In this document: piece by piece, positions 47,413 through 59,585 of the stretch
Position numbering within the stretch: position 1 is the stretch's first letter
Layout: each line of letters starts with the position of its first letter
NCBI RefSeq assembly: GCF_902459465.1
Contig: NC_047067.1
Span: forward strand, 17,856,001-17,920,000
Direction: 5' to 3'
Source: Asterias rubens
Taxonomy: Eukaryota
Length of the DNA stretch: 64,000 bases
Position numbers and translations under genes: made by a program
The notes under the pieces: model-generated
The model's database searches: none
Told to the model about the DNA's origin: nothing
What the model saw: only the letters and a program-made list of their open reading frames with translations

Positions 47413-47791
47413 AGCCAGTGGACACTATTGGTAATTGTCAAAGACTACCCTTCACAGTTGGTGTATCTCAACATATGCATAACATAACAAACCTGTGAAA
47501 ATTTGAGCTCAATTGGTCGTCAAAGTTGCAAGATAATAATGAAAGAAAAAATACCCTTGTCACACGAATTTATGTGCTTTCAGATGCTTGATTTCGAGAC
47601 CTCAAATTCTAAATCTGAGGTCTCGAAATCAAACTCGTGGAAAACTACTTCTTTCTAGAAAACTAAGTTACTTCAGAGGGAGCCGTTTCTCACAATGTTT
47701 TATACCATCACCCTCTCCCCATTACTCGTTATCCAGTGAGGTTTTATGCTAATAATTATTTTGAGTAATTACCCAATAGTGTCCACTGCCT
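47413..47791 (+). mobile_element. K-A MITE
   Basis: TTAA-flanked. Confidence 0.9.
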
Positions 47792-48255
47792 TTAAGTCTT
47801 TACCTACATGTTAGTTTGAGAGGGAAAAAATGTTATGATGTGTTACAGATCATGGTGGAGATGGATTTGGAACTAGACCATGTCTGGACTGTACTCTTAC
47901 ATTGGGTTCCAGCGAACATTTGCTTCAATTTTCGAAGGGAAGTTTACGCTCATAACTTGTACAGTCTATAAACGGTCGTTTTTTCGTGAATCCTGGGGCC
48001 GATTTCACAAAGAGCTAAGATTGATCTTAAAGTCACTTGGAAATATAATTTGTTCTTCTTCAAACATTGGTGTATATGTGAATGAACAATAAAATAAAAA
48101 CAAAAATCGAGTAATTGTTTGTAACGATTTATATGTTTAAACAATAGATAAAGTTGTTTTTGGGGTGACTCCGCCTACCCCTTTTGTAACGTGGCTCGAG
48201 GCAGACTTTGCCTCGATCGAACATCGAACACACGTACGTGAATAAAAAGGTGATA

Positions 48256-48420
48256 AAATCAAATTCGTGGAAAATTACTTCTTTCTCGAAAACTATGGCA
48301 CTTCAAAGGGAGCCGTTTCTCATAATGTTTTATACCATCAACCTCTCCCCATTACTCGTCACCAAGAAAGGTTTTATGCTAATAATTATTTTGAGTAATT
48401 ACCAATAGTGTCCACTGCCT
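48256..48420 (+). mobile_element. K-A MITE right half
   Basis: Starts AAATCAAATTCGTGG (end of the right hairpin arm), ends GCCT|ttaa. Confidence 0.85.
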
Positions 48421-48997
48421 TTAACAGAGGAAAGAATCCCATGTCAGCTCAAACTTCCTCTGATCATTTTCATGTTTTAGTTGGTACATATTGATGTTTA
48501 GACAAGCACGCGTGAGTTTGCATTAAACAGAATGATGTAACGTTTTTCCTCGACTGAAGAGATTTGTAAGAAACATAAGTGTAGGCCGTTTTCATAGAGG
48601 GCGCTCTCCCGATAAGGTGATCGACACCGAGTACACGAACTTGCTGCCGAGTAGGTCTACATTTGCATAAACACTATCGTTAATTCCTCCCGAGTGATAA
48701 CTTTAATTACTCTATGCTAAGAATGGATAAATACTTGAGGAGGTTTTGTGAAATTGATAAAAAGACAAATCCATACAACACACCTTAGACCATACTTAGA
48801 AATATGTTTTTCAACCCCCCCCCCAAGAAATTCAACAACAGAGGGCGTACTTCTTGAAAACCAATGCAGGCACCCATTTATGGGGAGATCACTATACATG
48901 TTCTTTTTATAAATAAGTAGCGAACTCCGTTTTGTTGTTGACAAACGTCCATTTGATAAACCGCTACAAGCATTGTTGCGGTACAGACATACTGTTT

Positions 48998-49195
48998 GCA
49001 CTGGACACCTTTGGTAATTGTCAAAGACCAGTCTTCTCACTTGGTGTATCTCAACATATTATGCACAAAATAACAAATACCTATGAAAATTTGAACTCAA
49101 TTGGTCGTCGAAGTTGCGAGATAATAATGGAAGAAAAAATACCCTTGTCACACGAAGTTGTGTGCTTTCAGATGCTTGATTTCGGGACCTCAAAA
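48998..49195 (+). mobile_element. K-A MITE left half
   Basis: GCACTGGACACCTTTGG...GATTTCGGGACCTCAAAA. Confidence 0.85.
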
Positions 49196-50402
49196 TTAAT
49201 TCTCGTTCAACCAATCTTGTGTGTGATTAGAAAAGTTTGCAAAAGTTTCTCCATCACATAACCAAAACGCCATCTTGACTTCGTTAGTTGTCCATACATG
49301 TACATGTAGATAAACTGCTCCGGAGCCAGGTTAATCGAGTTAGACTGGGTAGGGGAACAATGCAGCGTTCAATTTTGACATCTTGATCGGTTAAGTCTAT
49401 TGTTGGCTCTATATAGTTAGCCACCCAAACTTGTTTACATCTTCTCTCAATTTGATATTGTCATCCCATGATAAATCTGTCTGTCGCCATCTTGTGAGTC
49501 TGATTCCCCGTGTGAATGCGCAGTGCACATTTTCGGCAACGCGCATTCAACATTTAGACGCGCGCCATATCTTTACAATGCACTCTTGTTGTCACCCTAA
49601 ATGGCACGCCTTAGGGCAGAGGACAGACTCATTGCGTATAAGTCCCCTGAATGAGGTCAATGAAGAGCTACCACTGACTGAGGAGTCGTGCGCAGCGGGT
49701 ACGCACATTGTTTGACATCAAAGATGGCGGCCACTGCATGAGACATCAAATCAAAGAGTCATACCCTTTGTAATAGTTCAATATACTATAATTGGTATAC
49801 GTTTGTTAAATGATTACACTTGAAAAAACGTTGTTGTAGTTTCATGGTTTATTGTTCATGGTACATTGTTCATGTTGACTAGCAATATCACTAATCTACA
49901 GTTAGCCAGCCATTTATCGGTGTTAAACGATAATCCTACATCAATGGTTTTGGAAATGTTATGCCATCTTGTTTTTTTTACCCCATACACGACGAAATAG
50001 TCTGGTGCCTTTCCTGTAATTTTCAAATAGCACTTGGATCATAATCGCCGTTTAGTGGAATAGGACAAAATGGCAACAGCATGACAAAGTAGTACCAATC
50101 GCTTCGCTATTTAGACCAATTATATACAGATGTTGACTTTTACAAAGAGTAATGTTTTACTCATCACAATATTCGGGTTGGGATCTTCATATACAAAGTT
50201 TTCAATTTCAAGTGAATTTTAGAACATTTTAGTTTAAAAAAAAATGTATCAGTCGTGGATAGATTTACATGTACTTCAATACGGGTTTATCTGAGAAAAT
50301 ACCATTGTGCAGGTATACCGTTCAAACTCCACACAGCATTATGCTTTTATGGGAGACTTTTGAACGCTCGGATGGCAAAAGACTTAACAGGTACGTTTCC
50401 AT

Positions 50403-51767
50403 AGACCTTTTCGCAAATACCCATTGCGCAGGCGCTAGCTGTTGAATGAGATGCATGCTGGTCTAGCTAGGGATCAAACTTAATCGCTAGCTACACCAAC
50501 ATGCACCTCATTCCATACATAACGCATTTGTTTCGAGTATTTCGATTAGGTCTATTGTGTACGTAGTTCTGAGCATGTACACACTACCGAGAAGTATGGA
50601 TTCACCTGGTAAGTCTGCTGCCACCAAGTGTCCTGAAAGTCTTCCATTATAATTACATGTAATTGAGGAAAACAAGTACTAGGTCAGTATTCATATACAT
50701 TATTGCGAGAAAAGGTTTTGCTTTGATTTTTCCACGCAATTCAAAATCACGCAATTTTGTTTAGCTTCCACTGATATGCCGGATGTATGGCGTTGGTTAG
50801 GGGCAGCTGGTTTAAACTGGCAAACTAAAATAATCCACTTAAGCTATTGAAGGCACATTCGTATCTAAAACGTTATCAATACTATCGGCAAAATTCCAAG
50901 TTTTAGCATAACAAAACGAACATATTTACAATTTATATTACGAGCTTTAAAAAAATCAGTATTTTGTCTCACAATTGTACAAGAACTGTTTATATGCACT
51001 GGACACGATTGGTCATTACTCAACATTTTTGTTAGCATAACTTACTTGGTGAACGAGCAATGGAGAGCTGTTGGTGTAGTATAAAACATTGTGGGAAACA
51101 GCTCCCTCTGAACTAACAGAGTTTTTGAGAAGAAAAAAAGTAATTTCTCACTAAAATATTTGAATTGAATTCGAGACCTCAGCTGAGGGCATCTGAAAGC
51201 ACCCAACTTGTGGGGGAAGGGTGTTTTTTCTTCCATTATTCTCTCGCAATTTCGACGACCAATTGAGCTCAAATTTTCACAGGTTTGTTATTTTATGCAT
51301 ATGTTGAGATACACCAAGTGAGAAGACTGGTCTTTGACAAATACCAAAGGTGTCCAGTGCCTTTTATGACAGCGAACATGTTTTATAAGCATCACGAGCC
51401 ACGTGTAACTTTTTAAAAGCTTTTTCTTTAAACATGCCAAGCTAATAAAAAACAAAACAGCTTAGTTAAAACGAAACGGCAGGAAAACACATTATAATAA
51501 GTTTCCACAGCTTTTATATGTTGATCATATTAATTTTTTATACAGAGTTGCACATTACGACTCTGGCGAGTTACCATAATAATTCCTTGCACAAAAATAA
51601 ATCTTTGATCCTGCAATTGTTGCTAAACATCGTATTAGTTTTTAGCTTTTACTAATTATTTAACTTGTGAAACAGGGTTTGTTGATCGAAACTGGTTTGT
51701 TGATCTCACTAGGTGAAGAGATGTTTCACCCGTCTGCGCTTGCGCAAGTGTGTTTGCGAAAAGGTCT
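50403..51767. mobile_element. ~1.37-kb non-autonomous DNA element with ~37-bp TIRs and AT flanks (ISL2EU-like), containing a K-A copy
   Basis: at|AGACCTTTTCGCAAATACCCATTGCGCAGGCGC ... GCGCTTGCGCAAGTGTGTTTGCGAAAAGGTCT|at; superfamily assignment tentative. Confidence 0.65.
50995..51362 (-). mobile_element. K-A MITE subfamily 2, nested
   Basis: GAGACCTCAGCTGAGG followed by deletion of the rest of the arm. Confidence 0.87.
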
Positions 51768-52550
51768 ATGGCAAAGGGTTATTGCGCCCTCTGTTGATGA
51801 GGTGTGACAGTGTGGTTATAATCATTTGACTTGCAGTGGCGTTTTTTTTTGTATGAACTTTAGTGTTTTTTTGACGGCAAGTCTAATTCCTAATACAGCA
51901 CCGTCATAAGAATCGTCAATACAGCACAAAATGTTAACTAGAAATCAACAAATGGGGGCGCTGTTGCCAGACATCTAGACATGTACATAGATGTGTTTTT
52001 TTAATGGCAAGTCGTTTGATCCCAGTCTGAGGCAAAGACAGGCGATTACCATAGTTACAACCACGTTCAAACCTAAACGACAGATTGTTGATAACCTCTG
52101 AACAATAAAGTAAAATAGATATTGCCAATATTCGTATGGTTTGTATTGATACCAATGTTTTTAAACTTTCCATAAAATGTCGTGGATGGCCTTTTTATCG
52201 AAGCCACCAAAATGATATCACCTCTAAGATTAACCGGGCAAACATCTTTGTGGTGAACACACAATTCACTCGCACACATCAACACAATTCACTTAAATAT
52301 TGATAAAGGTATCATATAATATCATATTTACATATAGAAACATAAAGTTCATAGACCATGTGTCACGGTTAAAATAGTATGTATCAATTCGAAGCCATCA
52401 GACCCTTTTTAAAAAAATAGTTTCCTTTTTAAAAAGTATTTTGCCCAACGTCTCCTGATGTCCAGTTTTCTCTACCAATATTTTAACACGTGACACATGA
52501 TTTTAAACAAAATATTTGATTACCGAAATACTATTATAAATTATGACTTT

Positions 52551-53090
52551 CTACTGGCATCGGTAGACGGTCCTTATTGATGTACACTCCTGGCATTTGA
52601 CTTTGCAACACCAATGAAAAGTACAGCTACATCTCTCCTTAATCCGAACTTGCGAGCCGTCGTAGTCTCTCCCGCAGCACATCAGATCACACCCGTCCAC
52701 CCCTAACGATGTGTTGTTGCACTCCCGCCCCACCGTGCCGAGAGTTCCCGCCCTCTCGTTCCTCACACAGAAGTCCGGAGAGTCGTCGAAGTAGACCAGG
52801 TCTCGTGGGCCCGGCGGTTTGTGGTTGGAGTTGTACGGTTGGAAGTTGGCTTCGGTGCCGCCGTTATCTGAGCGGTCGCCTCGGTCCCTCCGATCGCCCC
52901 GATCTCCCCGGTTGCTATTGCCTCTGACTCCCTCGTTCCGTAGCGCGACTCTGGACGCACCGTCGAAGCGATCCTTGAGGAATTCGCCTACGGAGCGGAA
53001 TGTGGGAAGTCGCATCCAGCACGTTCTGATTGTGCAGCTGCCGGACATTCCGTGGCATTTACACTCCCGACGCATGTCTGACGAAACCGT
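52551..53090 (-). CDS. WNT1: Wnt1 exon 4 (terminal)
   Basis: gaatag|ACG GTT TCG TCA GAC ATG...; [48 protein letters not shown]...[12 protein letters not shown]...[27 protein letters not shown] found no exon 1-2 sequence in 56011-64000, so intron 2 is longer than 8 kb. Confidence 0.96.
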   Translation of the reverse strand, partial: TVSSDMRRECKCHGMSGSCTIRTCWMRLPTFRSVGEFLKDRFDGASRVALRNEGVRGNSNRGDRGDRRDRGDRSDNGGTEANFQPYNSNHKPPGPRDLVYFDDSPDFCVRNERAGTLGTVGRECNNTSLGVDGCDLMCCGRDYDGSQVRIKERCSCTFHWCCKVKCQECTSIRTVYRCQ

Positions 53091-54864
53091 CTATTCAGGA
53101 AAAGAAGAAAAATATATATCAACCATCAATCGCAACTAAAATCAAATTTGAACATCAAAACTGTAGCTATATAGGAATCTGTTGATTGTATTGTTCCCAT
53201 TCTTTTAGCAGACTCTCCCTTACTTTAAACAACTTCATGAGCTTTCGTAGCACATACAAAAAACTATTTCATCGGTAGTTGTTGCTACGAAAGATCGCAT
53301 GGTGTGTACCTTCCTTGTTAAACTCAAGTATTACACTCATTTTGGGAACGGCGCTTTATCAAAATCCACGGAGGTGCATGCACACCAATCCCAACCCTTC
53401 AACAAGACCAGATCCGCATAATTATAGACAAAAAAACAGTCAACTCAAAGAGAGAGCAAGCTTAAGCAATTAGGTCCAATGTATTCTTCAAATAGGAGAC
53501 ACTTCCAATCAAAAATCAGTATTCCGCTTGCAAATTTGGTGAAGCATGGGTTACAGATTTATGAAAAGCGAGCAGCAGCCCACCAAAAAGAGAGGGTCGT
53601 GATTAGCACCTCAGATAGCAAATCCTGCCCTCAATCACGGCTCTTGCCCCCGCAGCTATTGCCCCACACACAGCCCTCGCCCCACGCAGCCCAGATTCCC
53701 TTGAAGTGACTCACAATAAGCTTGTCCTCAATAGCATTTTATGGGGGGTCCTTTGACATTCTGTAACGCCGACATAATAAATGACAGAATAGAGCCGCTT
53801 CCTTTTATAAAAAAAGGCCCCTCATCTTGTTGTATTAAACCGTTTTTATTCGCTTTGCTTCAGAACTTTTAATGACCCAACTAAATTGTTGGAGGCAAAA
53901 CTGCCAACATTGTCTCAGACAATGGTCCACTTTTGTTTCGGTTTAAGGTCCTACTAAGCACTCGTTTACGATCTGTACCGACGGGGCGATTGAAGACACG
54001 ATTGGGGTCTGTAATTTGGACGTGGATGCGAACAAGAGCGGCCGATGCACCGGACAATTACCCAACACAGCCCTTCAAAATGCTTCTTCTTTCTGTTACA
54101 ATTTGAAGAAACACAAACAAAAATGCTGCCCTTTTTATAATAAGAGGTTAGCGGGTCTCTTTTGATTAGGGGGGAAGTTTGGTTTAATCGGTGAACCGCC
54201 CCACAGCAAGCGGTTTACGACTTGGGTGTCGCCGAGTTGACGGAATGAAGTCGATGGCGCGTGGTGGTCCAAGCTGAGACAACTTGCTTCGCAATTACCT
54301 GTTTTTTGTATTTAACCGAAAACTCCAACCCGTATTCAGAGAGTTGGGTGTTTTCATAGAAGAAAAAAAAGGTGTTTTGCCCGGCATGGCAGAGTCATAA
54401 ACGTCATGAATAACATCATTTGTATCGAGTATTCATTTTAAGATTGGTTCCTTTTTGCTTTTTTTTATTCGTGGGAATTGTGCAGATACCGATGGGGCCA
54501 ATTAAACTGAATAAAGGAAACCGTTCCAGATATCAAAGGGGTGGACAGTCGTACGTTGTGATTCACCAGGTGTAACACAATAGGATTTTAGGAGCTCAAT
54601 CCATCTGATGTTATAGAGAGAGAGTTACAATAACGAACCAGTAATTGCAATAAGAAGATAACCTATACATAAAGGTTGTTTAAATATACCGCTTGACGGT
54701 GACAGCGATAATAAACGATTCCCTTCCCAAGAAAACGATGGTGGTTTTAGAAGAAGAAAAACCTGCATCATGACACAATCCGGTCCCGACAAAGACACGG
54801 AAAAGTACACACACAAAAAGAGACAACAAGACTGATGATGGCTCTTCCGGTGCAGCAAATGAAA

Positions 54865-55640
54865 ATAGTCTAATAGATGTTAAATTTGCATCGGGGATAA
54901 AGAATATGCATTTTGGTTTTTACCCATACACCGATGTGTGTTAGCACTGTATACTCAGTACTTTCCCGGGTTCTGTGAACAAAATATCACAGGCATATTA
55001 CTCGGGTGGGATTCGAACCCAAAACCTTTGCAATTCTAGAGCAGTGTCTTACCAACTAAACTAACGAGGTTGCCCGGTAGCTAGAGGCAGTTCGAATCCT
55101 ATGTTTTAGCAGCGGGCTGCAACAATTTAATAGATGTTAAATTTGCATTGGGGACAAAGAACAGAAGTGTGTGAATACTTTGGTTTTTCGCACCCATGCG
55201 CCTACATGTTTGAATTTTTTAACATAAATGTTACATTTCTTAATTTGTTAACTTATTAAGTTCTTTCAGGGTGCAAGAAATTGTCATCTGCTCTATCAAT
55301 GCAAATATCGTGGGTTCGAATCCCACCCGAATGATTTGCCTGTGAGTTTGTTTTACAGAACTCGTGAAAAAGTAAAAAAAAAAGCGTCTGAATAATTCGC
55401 CTTTTCACACCCATGCGCCTATGCGTGTTTGTATTTTTTAATACAAATGTTACGTTTCTTGATTGGTTGGCTAATGAAGTGCTTTCGGGTTGCAAAAACT
55501 TGTCATCTGAAGTAGCAATGCAAAGGATGGTTGTTGGTTCGATTCCCACCCGAGTAATTTGCCTGTGGATTTTTTTTGCACAGAACTCGTGAAAGTAGGC
55601 CTACTGAGTGTATTCACATCAGTTTCAGGGTAATAAAAAA
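54865..55640. repeat. Cluster of three tRNA-like repeat units in Wnt1 intron 3 (one on -, two tandem ~217-bp units on +)
   Basis: GGTTCGA(A/T)TCCCACCCGA..TGCCTGTG..ACAGAAC at ~55020 (-), ~55315 and ~55540 (+); CACCCATGCGCCTA at ~55190 and ~55407; a 3' fragment also at ~60505-60595. Confidence 0.75.
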
Positions 55641-55744
55641 AAACTATATTTTGAACTTGGCATTGTGGTGGATTTTGTTATGTATACTTTTGTAAAACAA
55701 AAGTCTAACAAAATCAATTTTTATGAAAAGAAAAGTTTACCCAC

Positions 55745-56010
55745 CAGTCTTCCAACTTCGTTATTGTGTATATTCATCATGAACCTCAAGTCCCGCCCTT
55801 TCTCGTCAGCGTCGACGAACTTCTGCGAGAATCTATGACCGAAGGCTATGTTGTCACTGCACCCGCCCCACTCCCAGTCTTCGTCACTGGGTCGCTGGTA
55901 CTTGTAATCGCAGGTGCACGTCTCAAGGCTCCCTTCACTGCACGATCTAGCTACAGAGTGGGCTACTGCAGCGCTGGTGATGGCGTATATAAAAGATGTT
56001 TCTCTGCATG
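55745..56010 (-). CDS. WNT1: Wnt1 exon 3
   Basis: catacag|CA TGC AGA GAA...GGA AGA CTG|gtgggt; [35 protein letters not shown]...[13 protein letters not shown]...[16 protein letters not shown]; [11 protein letters not shown] and DLRFMMN are Wnt1-diagnostic. Confidence 0.95.
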
Positions 56011-56872
56011 CTGTATGGAACGACAAATTCAAAAGAAACAACAACTTTAATGTGGGATGTTGTTTACTGACAAAAAACAACAACAATCATTGAGATGTTT
56101 TGCCCCCCTCCCTTCATACTGAGCCCCACCCCCTTTAAATTGCAATGAGATAGTCCTCATGCTTGCAGTCAGTACATTGTTGAAACATAGGACCACAGCC
56201 ATTATGCAGATACAGCAACAACTTAAAATGCAAAGGGTGTTTTATTTTCACCAAAAGCTGCCACGTTTAAGACGTTTATCTGTCCCTTAAGACACCAGAG
56301 TATCAAGGAAACATTGGTGTCAACGGCTGTGTAGTGAACGTATGCATCAGGTGAGTGTAACGAAATGAGTAACAGCTTATATGGAGTTTTCATTTCATAC
56401 ACAAAATAAATTAACACACATTCTCAAGATGCATCCCTGTGGAGACATTTTGTGTTCTTTCTATATTGTCCCTGTACTTAAGATTTTCTTATCACAACAT
56501 TCCTTGTGGAGCACCCCGGTCTTCCCTATAAAGTCCCTTTACTTTCCCTTTTCGTTATGTGCTTGTCTCCAGAAGGTACCGAATGTGAGAGCAACTTGAA
56601 ACAGAAAAGCCAAGTTGTCTTTCCACTTGTCTCATCTCATTTTCAAAGACCTGCTTTTTTCCCTTGTGCAACTTGATAACAAGCAAAATGTTTACAAACT
56701 TAACCGCTTAAAGGTTCAAATTAAAGGCAGCAAAATAAACATTCACATTGATAGTGAGCTTGTCACCACCGTATTTTATTGGTGAAACATACTCTTTCTG
56801 TGGGCAATGAGCGATAAAGACCACAAACACTGGCAACCATCATTTTGGGTTCTCTTTAACATGTAGCCAAAT

Positions 56873-57056
56873 CAGGCCTGCATGCTTCTTCTTTTGTTTT
56901 TTTTTGTTTTTTTTTTGGGGGGAGCAAGGGGCATCAAGGCATTTTCTCCTGCGTAAAGGGCACCTTATGACGAACGAAAGCATTTCAAAGGCACCAAGGC
57001 AATAATCATGGGGCATGGGGGGCAATTGCATTCATTACCTTCAAGTATCAGGTCTA
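56873..57056. mobile_element. Second copy of the CAGG-terminated repeat
   Basis: See 34428-34604. Confidence 0.6.
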
Positions 57057-58349
57057 CATGCCAAATTATTTGAAAATGAATGTGAACTCTTGGGTGTCTG
57101 CCATCTTCCTACCCCGTCCCAGAAACTACGCAAAACAAACACCAGTTGAGTGGACATTCCGTAAAGCAAAGCACCCAAAACAGTTCTGATTGGATTTTAT
57201 CTGTTATCCCATTACACTATTGTCTAAATCCCTGCCACCGTTTTATAAAAACTGCTCAAGTGGGTTAATCAATTGAGTCTAATCCATTGGTATTCCAACC
57301 CAACAAAAGGTAATGGAGAATTTATATTGTGACTGTATAGCCGAGCGTGGAGAGAAGACACACTAGATCGCTCGCTCAGGGTAGGTACAAATAAACGCAT
57401 TTATTCTACACGACCAACTCCGGGAAAAGTCAATGTAGGAAACATTATTATTTTGGTAAACTGTTTGTTGTCGCTTGGAAAACAGCACTTGACAAGACAA
57501 TCGTGTGAAGTGCTTAGACACATTCGTGGGGACACAAGGACGTACGGGGTCCTATGGTGGGTCACTGCCGGTCAGCCGTCCGAATGATTTGGTGTCCTAA
57601 AGTTACGACGTTGATGGAACTGTACATGCGAAAATGCTCTTAAGATGTGTGGATTTGTGAAGTCTGTCATGTTGTGTTTTGAGTTGTCACTCAGTAAATG
57701 CCAGAGGTTTTTTATAATGTAATTTTACATTTTATATAGATTGTTTTAATTTAGTGTTTTTACACGGCAATTGGAAATTATTTGGGATAATATGACCAGA
57801 AAAAGCCAAAATGTGCAGTGAACACAGGTACACATAAGTCAAGGACCGATGCAATAAATACAGATGAAAAAATAACAAAAAGAAATTCAGCAAATAATAT
57901 ATACATTTGCCTAACTAAATAATTACATTAACTTAACCACAAGCTAGAAATGAAACTGAAAAGTCATTACAAAATCAAAATGTTAAAACATCATGGAAAT
58001 GTGTTTTTATGACGTTGAAGAAGTTGAAGACCTCCCATATAAACGTGTACTAAAACGTACATGGCAATGCCTAGAAGGAAAAATTGATAATTTAGAGAAT
58101 TTAGTCAAACAAACCGCGTAAGTAACGACAAATCTGTACAAAAACTACCTACCATGCCCCAAAATGTCTGTATTCAATTTCAAAGTCATCATTATGGGGA
58201 AACAATACGCCTCTCTCAATATTTTTGCATCCGTACGTCACAATTCTTACCCAAAACGAGACTATAGGCGCAGCCACTGCAATTGGTGGCTGACGTGCGC
58301 CTATAGCCTCATTTTGGGTAAGAATTATGACGTCATGCATGAATATTAA

Positions 58350-58719
58350 AGGCAGTGGACACTATTGGTTATTGTCAAAGACTAGCCTTCACAGTTGGTG
58401 TATCTCAACATATGCATAAAATAACTAACCTGTGAAAATTTGAGCTCAATCGGTCGTCAAGTTGCGAGATAATAATGAAAGAAGAAAACACCCTTGTCAC
58501 AAGAAGTTGTGTGCATTTAATTTCGAGACCTCAAGTTCTAAATCTGAGGTCTCGAAATCAAATTCGTGGAAAATTACTTCTTTCTCGAAAACTATGGCAC
58601 TTCAGAGGGTGCTGTTTCTCACCATGTTTTATACCATCAACCTCTCCCAATTACTCGTCACCAAGAAAGGTTTTATGCTAATAATTATTTTGAGTAGTAA
58701 CCAATAGTGTCCACTGCCT
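58350..58719 (+). mobile_element. K-A MITE
   Basis: TTAA-flanked. Confidence 0.9.
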
Positions 58720-59419
58720 TTAAGAGAAGCATATGGTCCATGGTTTAAAGTAAATCCATAATATGGCACGGGTTGTTTGTTGTTGTTGTGTTGTTGTGTT
58801 TTTTAAGACCGAAACTAAGATTCTGCGAGACAGCCCGGAATATCGAAAGGTATCGCCACAAAACAAAATATTGCGAAGTTGTCCGTTCGGTTTATTTTGA
58901 CGAGACCTTTTCCCCCTTGACTACTTTATCCCCATTGGGACGCTTAAAAAGTGTCAACTGGTGTTTCCTTGTTGCATTTTTGATGATGATTCGAGGATTC
59001 CGGTTCCATTTGAGCCGTTTTTGTTTCGGTTTTTGGGAAGAGGGACCGGTTGTGCTAGAGCGATTATTGGTCACTGAAGATTGAAGGATACACCAATCCG
59101 GGGGATCGCGTTGGAGAAGTGTCTCTTTTCGTCGGATACGCAAGACATCAATATGTCCTTCGGATGCCAAATAATGAAGAATGAAATGATGCTTAAAGGA
59201 AGTGCATTTTAAACAGTTACGCTACGTAATAAAAACAAGGACAGTTGAGTCGTTGACCTATATTATATCGTCAGAGAACACCAATGTGGTGTTGTGGCTT
59301 ATGGGTTTTTTCTTTCGTGTAATTGCATTTGGAAACATTTATTTGTGCAATGGTGTAATTTTGTTTATATTCTTGAGTTGTCAATGTTGTAAAAATGTAT
59401 GCCGTATGTATGGTTTTAC

Positions 59420-59585
59420 AGACCCTGGAAACTATTGGTAATTGTCAAAGACCAGTCTTTTCACTTGATGTATCTCAACTTATGCAAAAAATAACAAACC
59501 TGTGCAAATTTGAGCTCAATTGGTCGTCACAGTTGCGCGATAATAATGAAAGAAAAAACACGCTTACCTTGTCACACGAAGTTGT
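59420..59585 (+). mobile_element. K-A MITE left part
   Basis: AGACCCTGGAAACTATTGG...CACACGAAGTTGT. Confidence 0.8.

Noticed and set aside
52709-53139. Plus-strand ORFs antisense to Wnt1 exon 4 (and 16917-17323, 31647-31961 antisense to Wnt6)
   Set aside because: Shadow ORFs of GC-rich coding exons; no independent splice or protein signal.
13689-58707. Recurrent small ORFs such as MSSIGRRSCEIIMKEK... and MCAFRCLISRPQ...
   Set aside because: All fall within K-A MITE copies, are disrupted at different points in different copies, and show no transposase or known-domain features.
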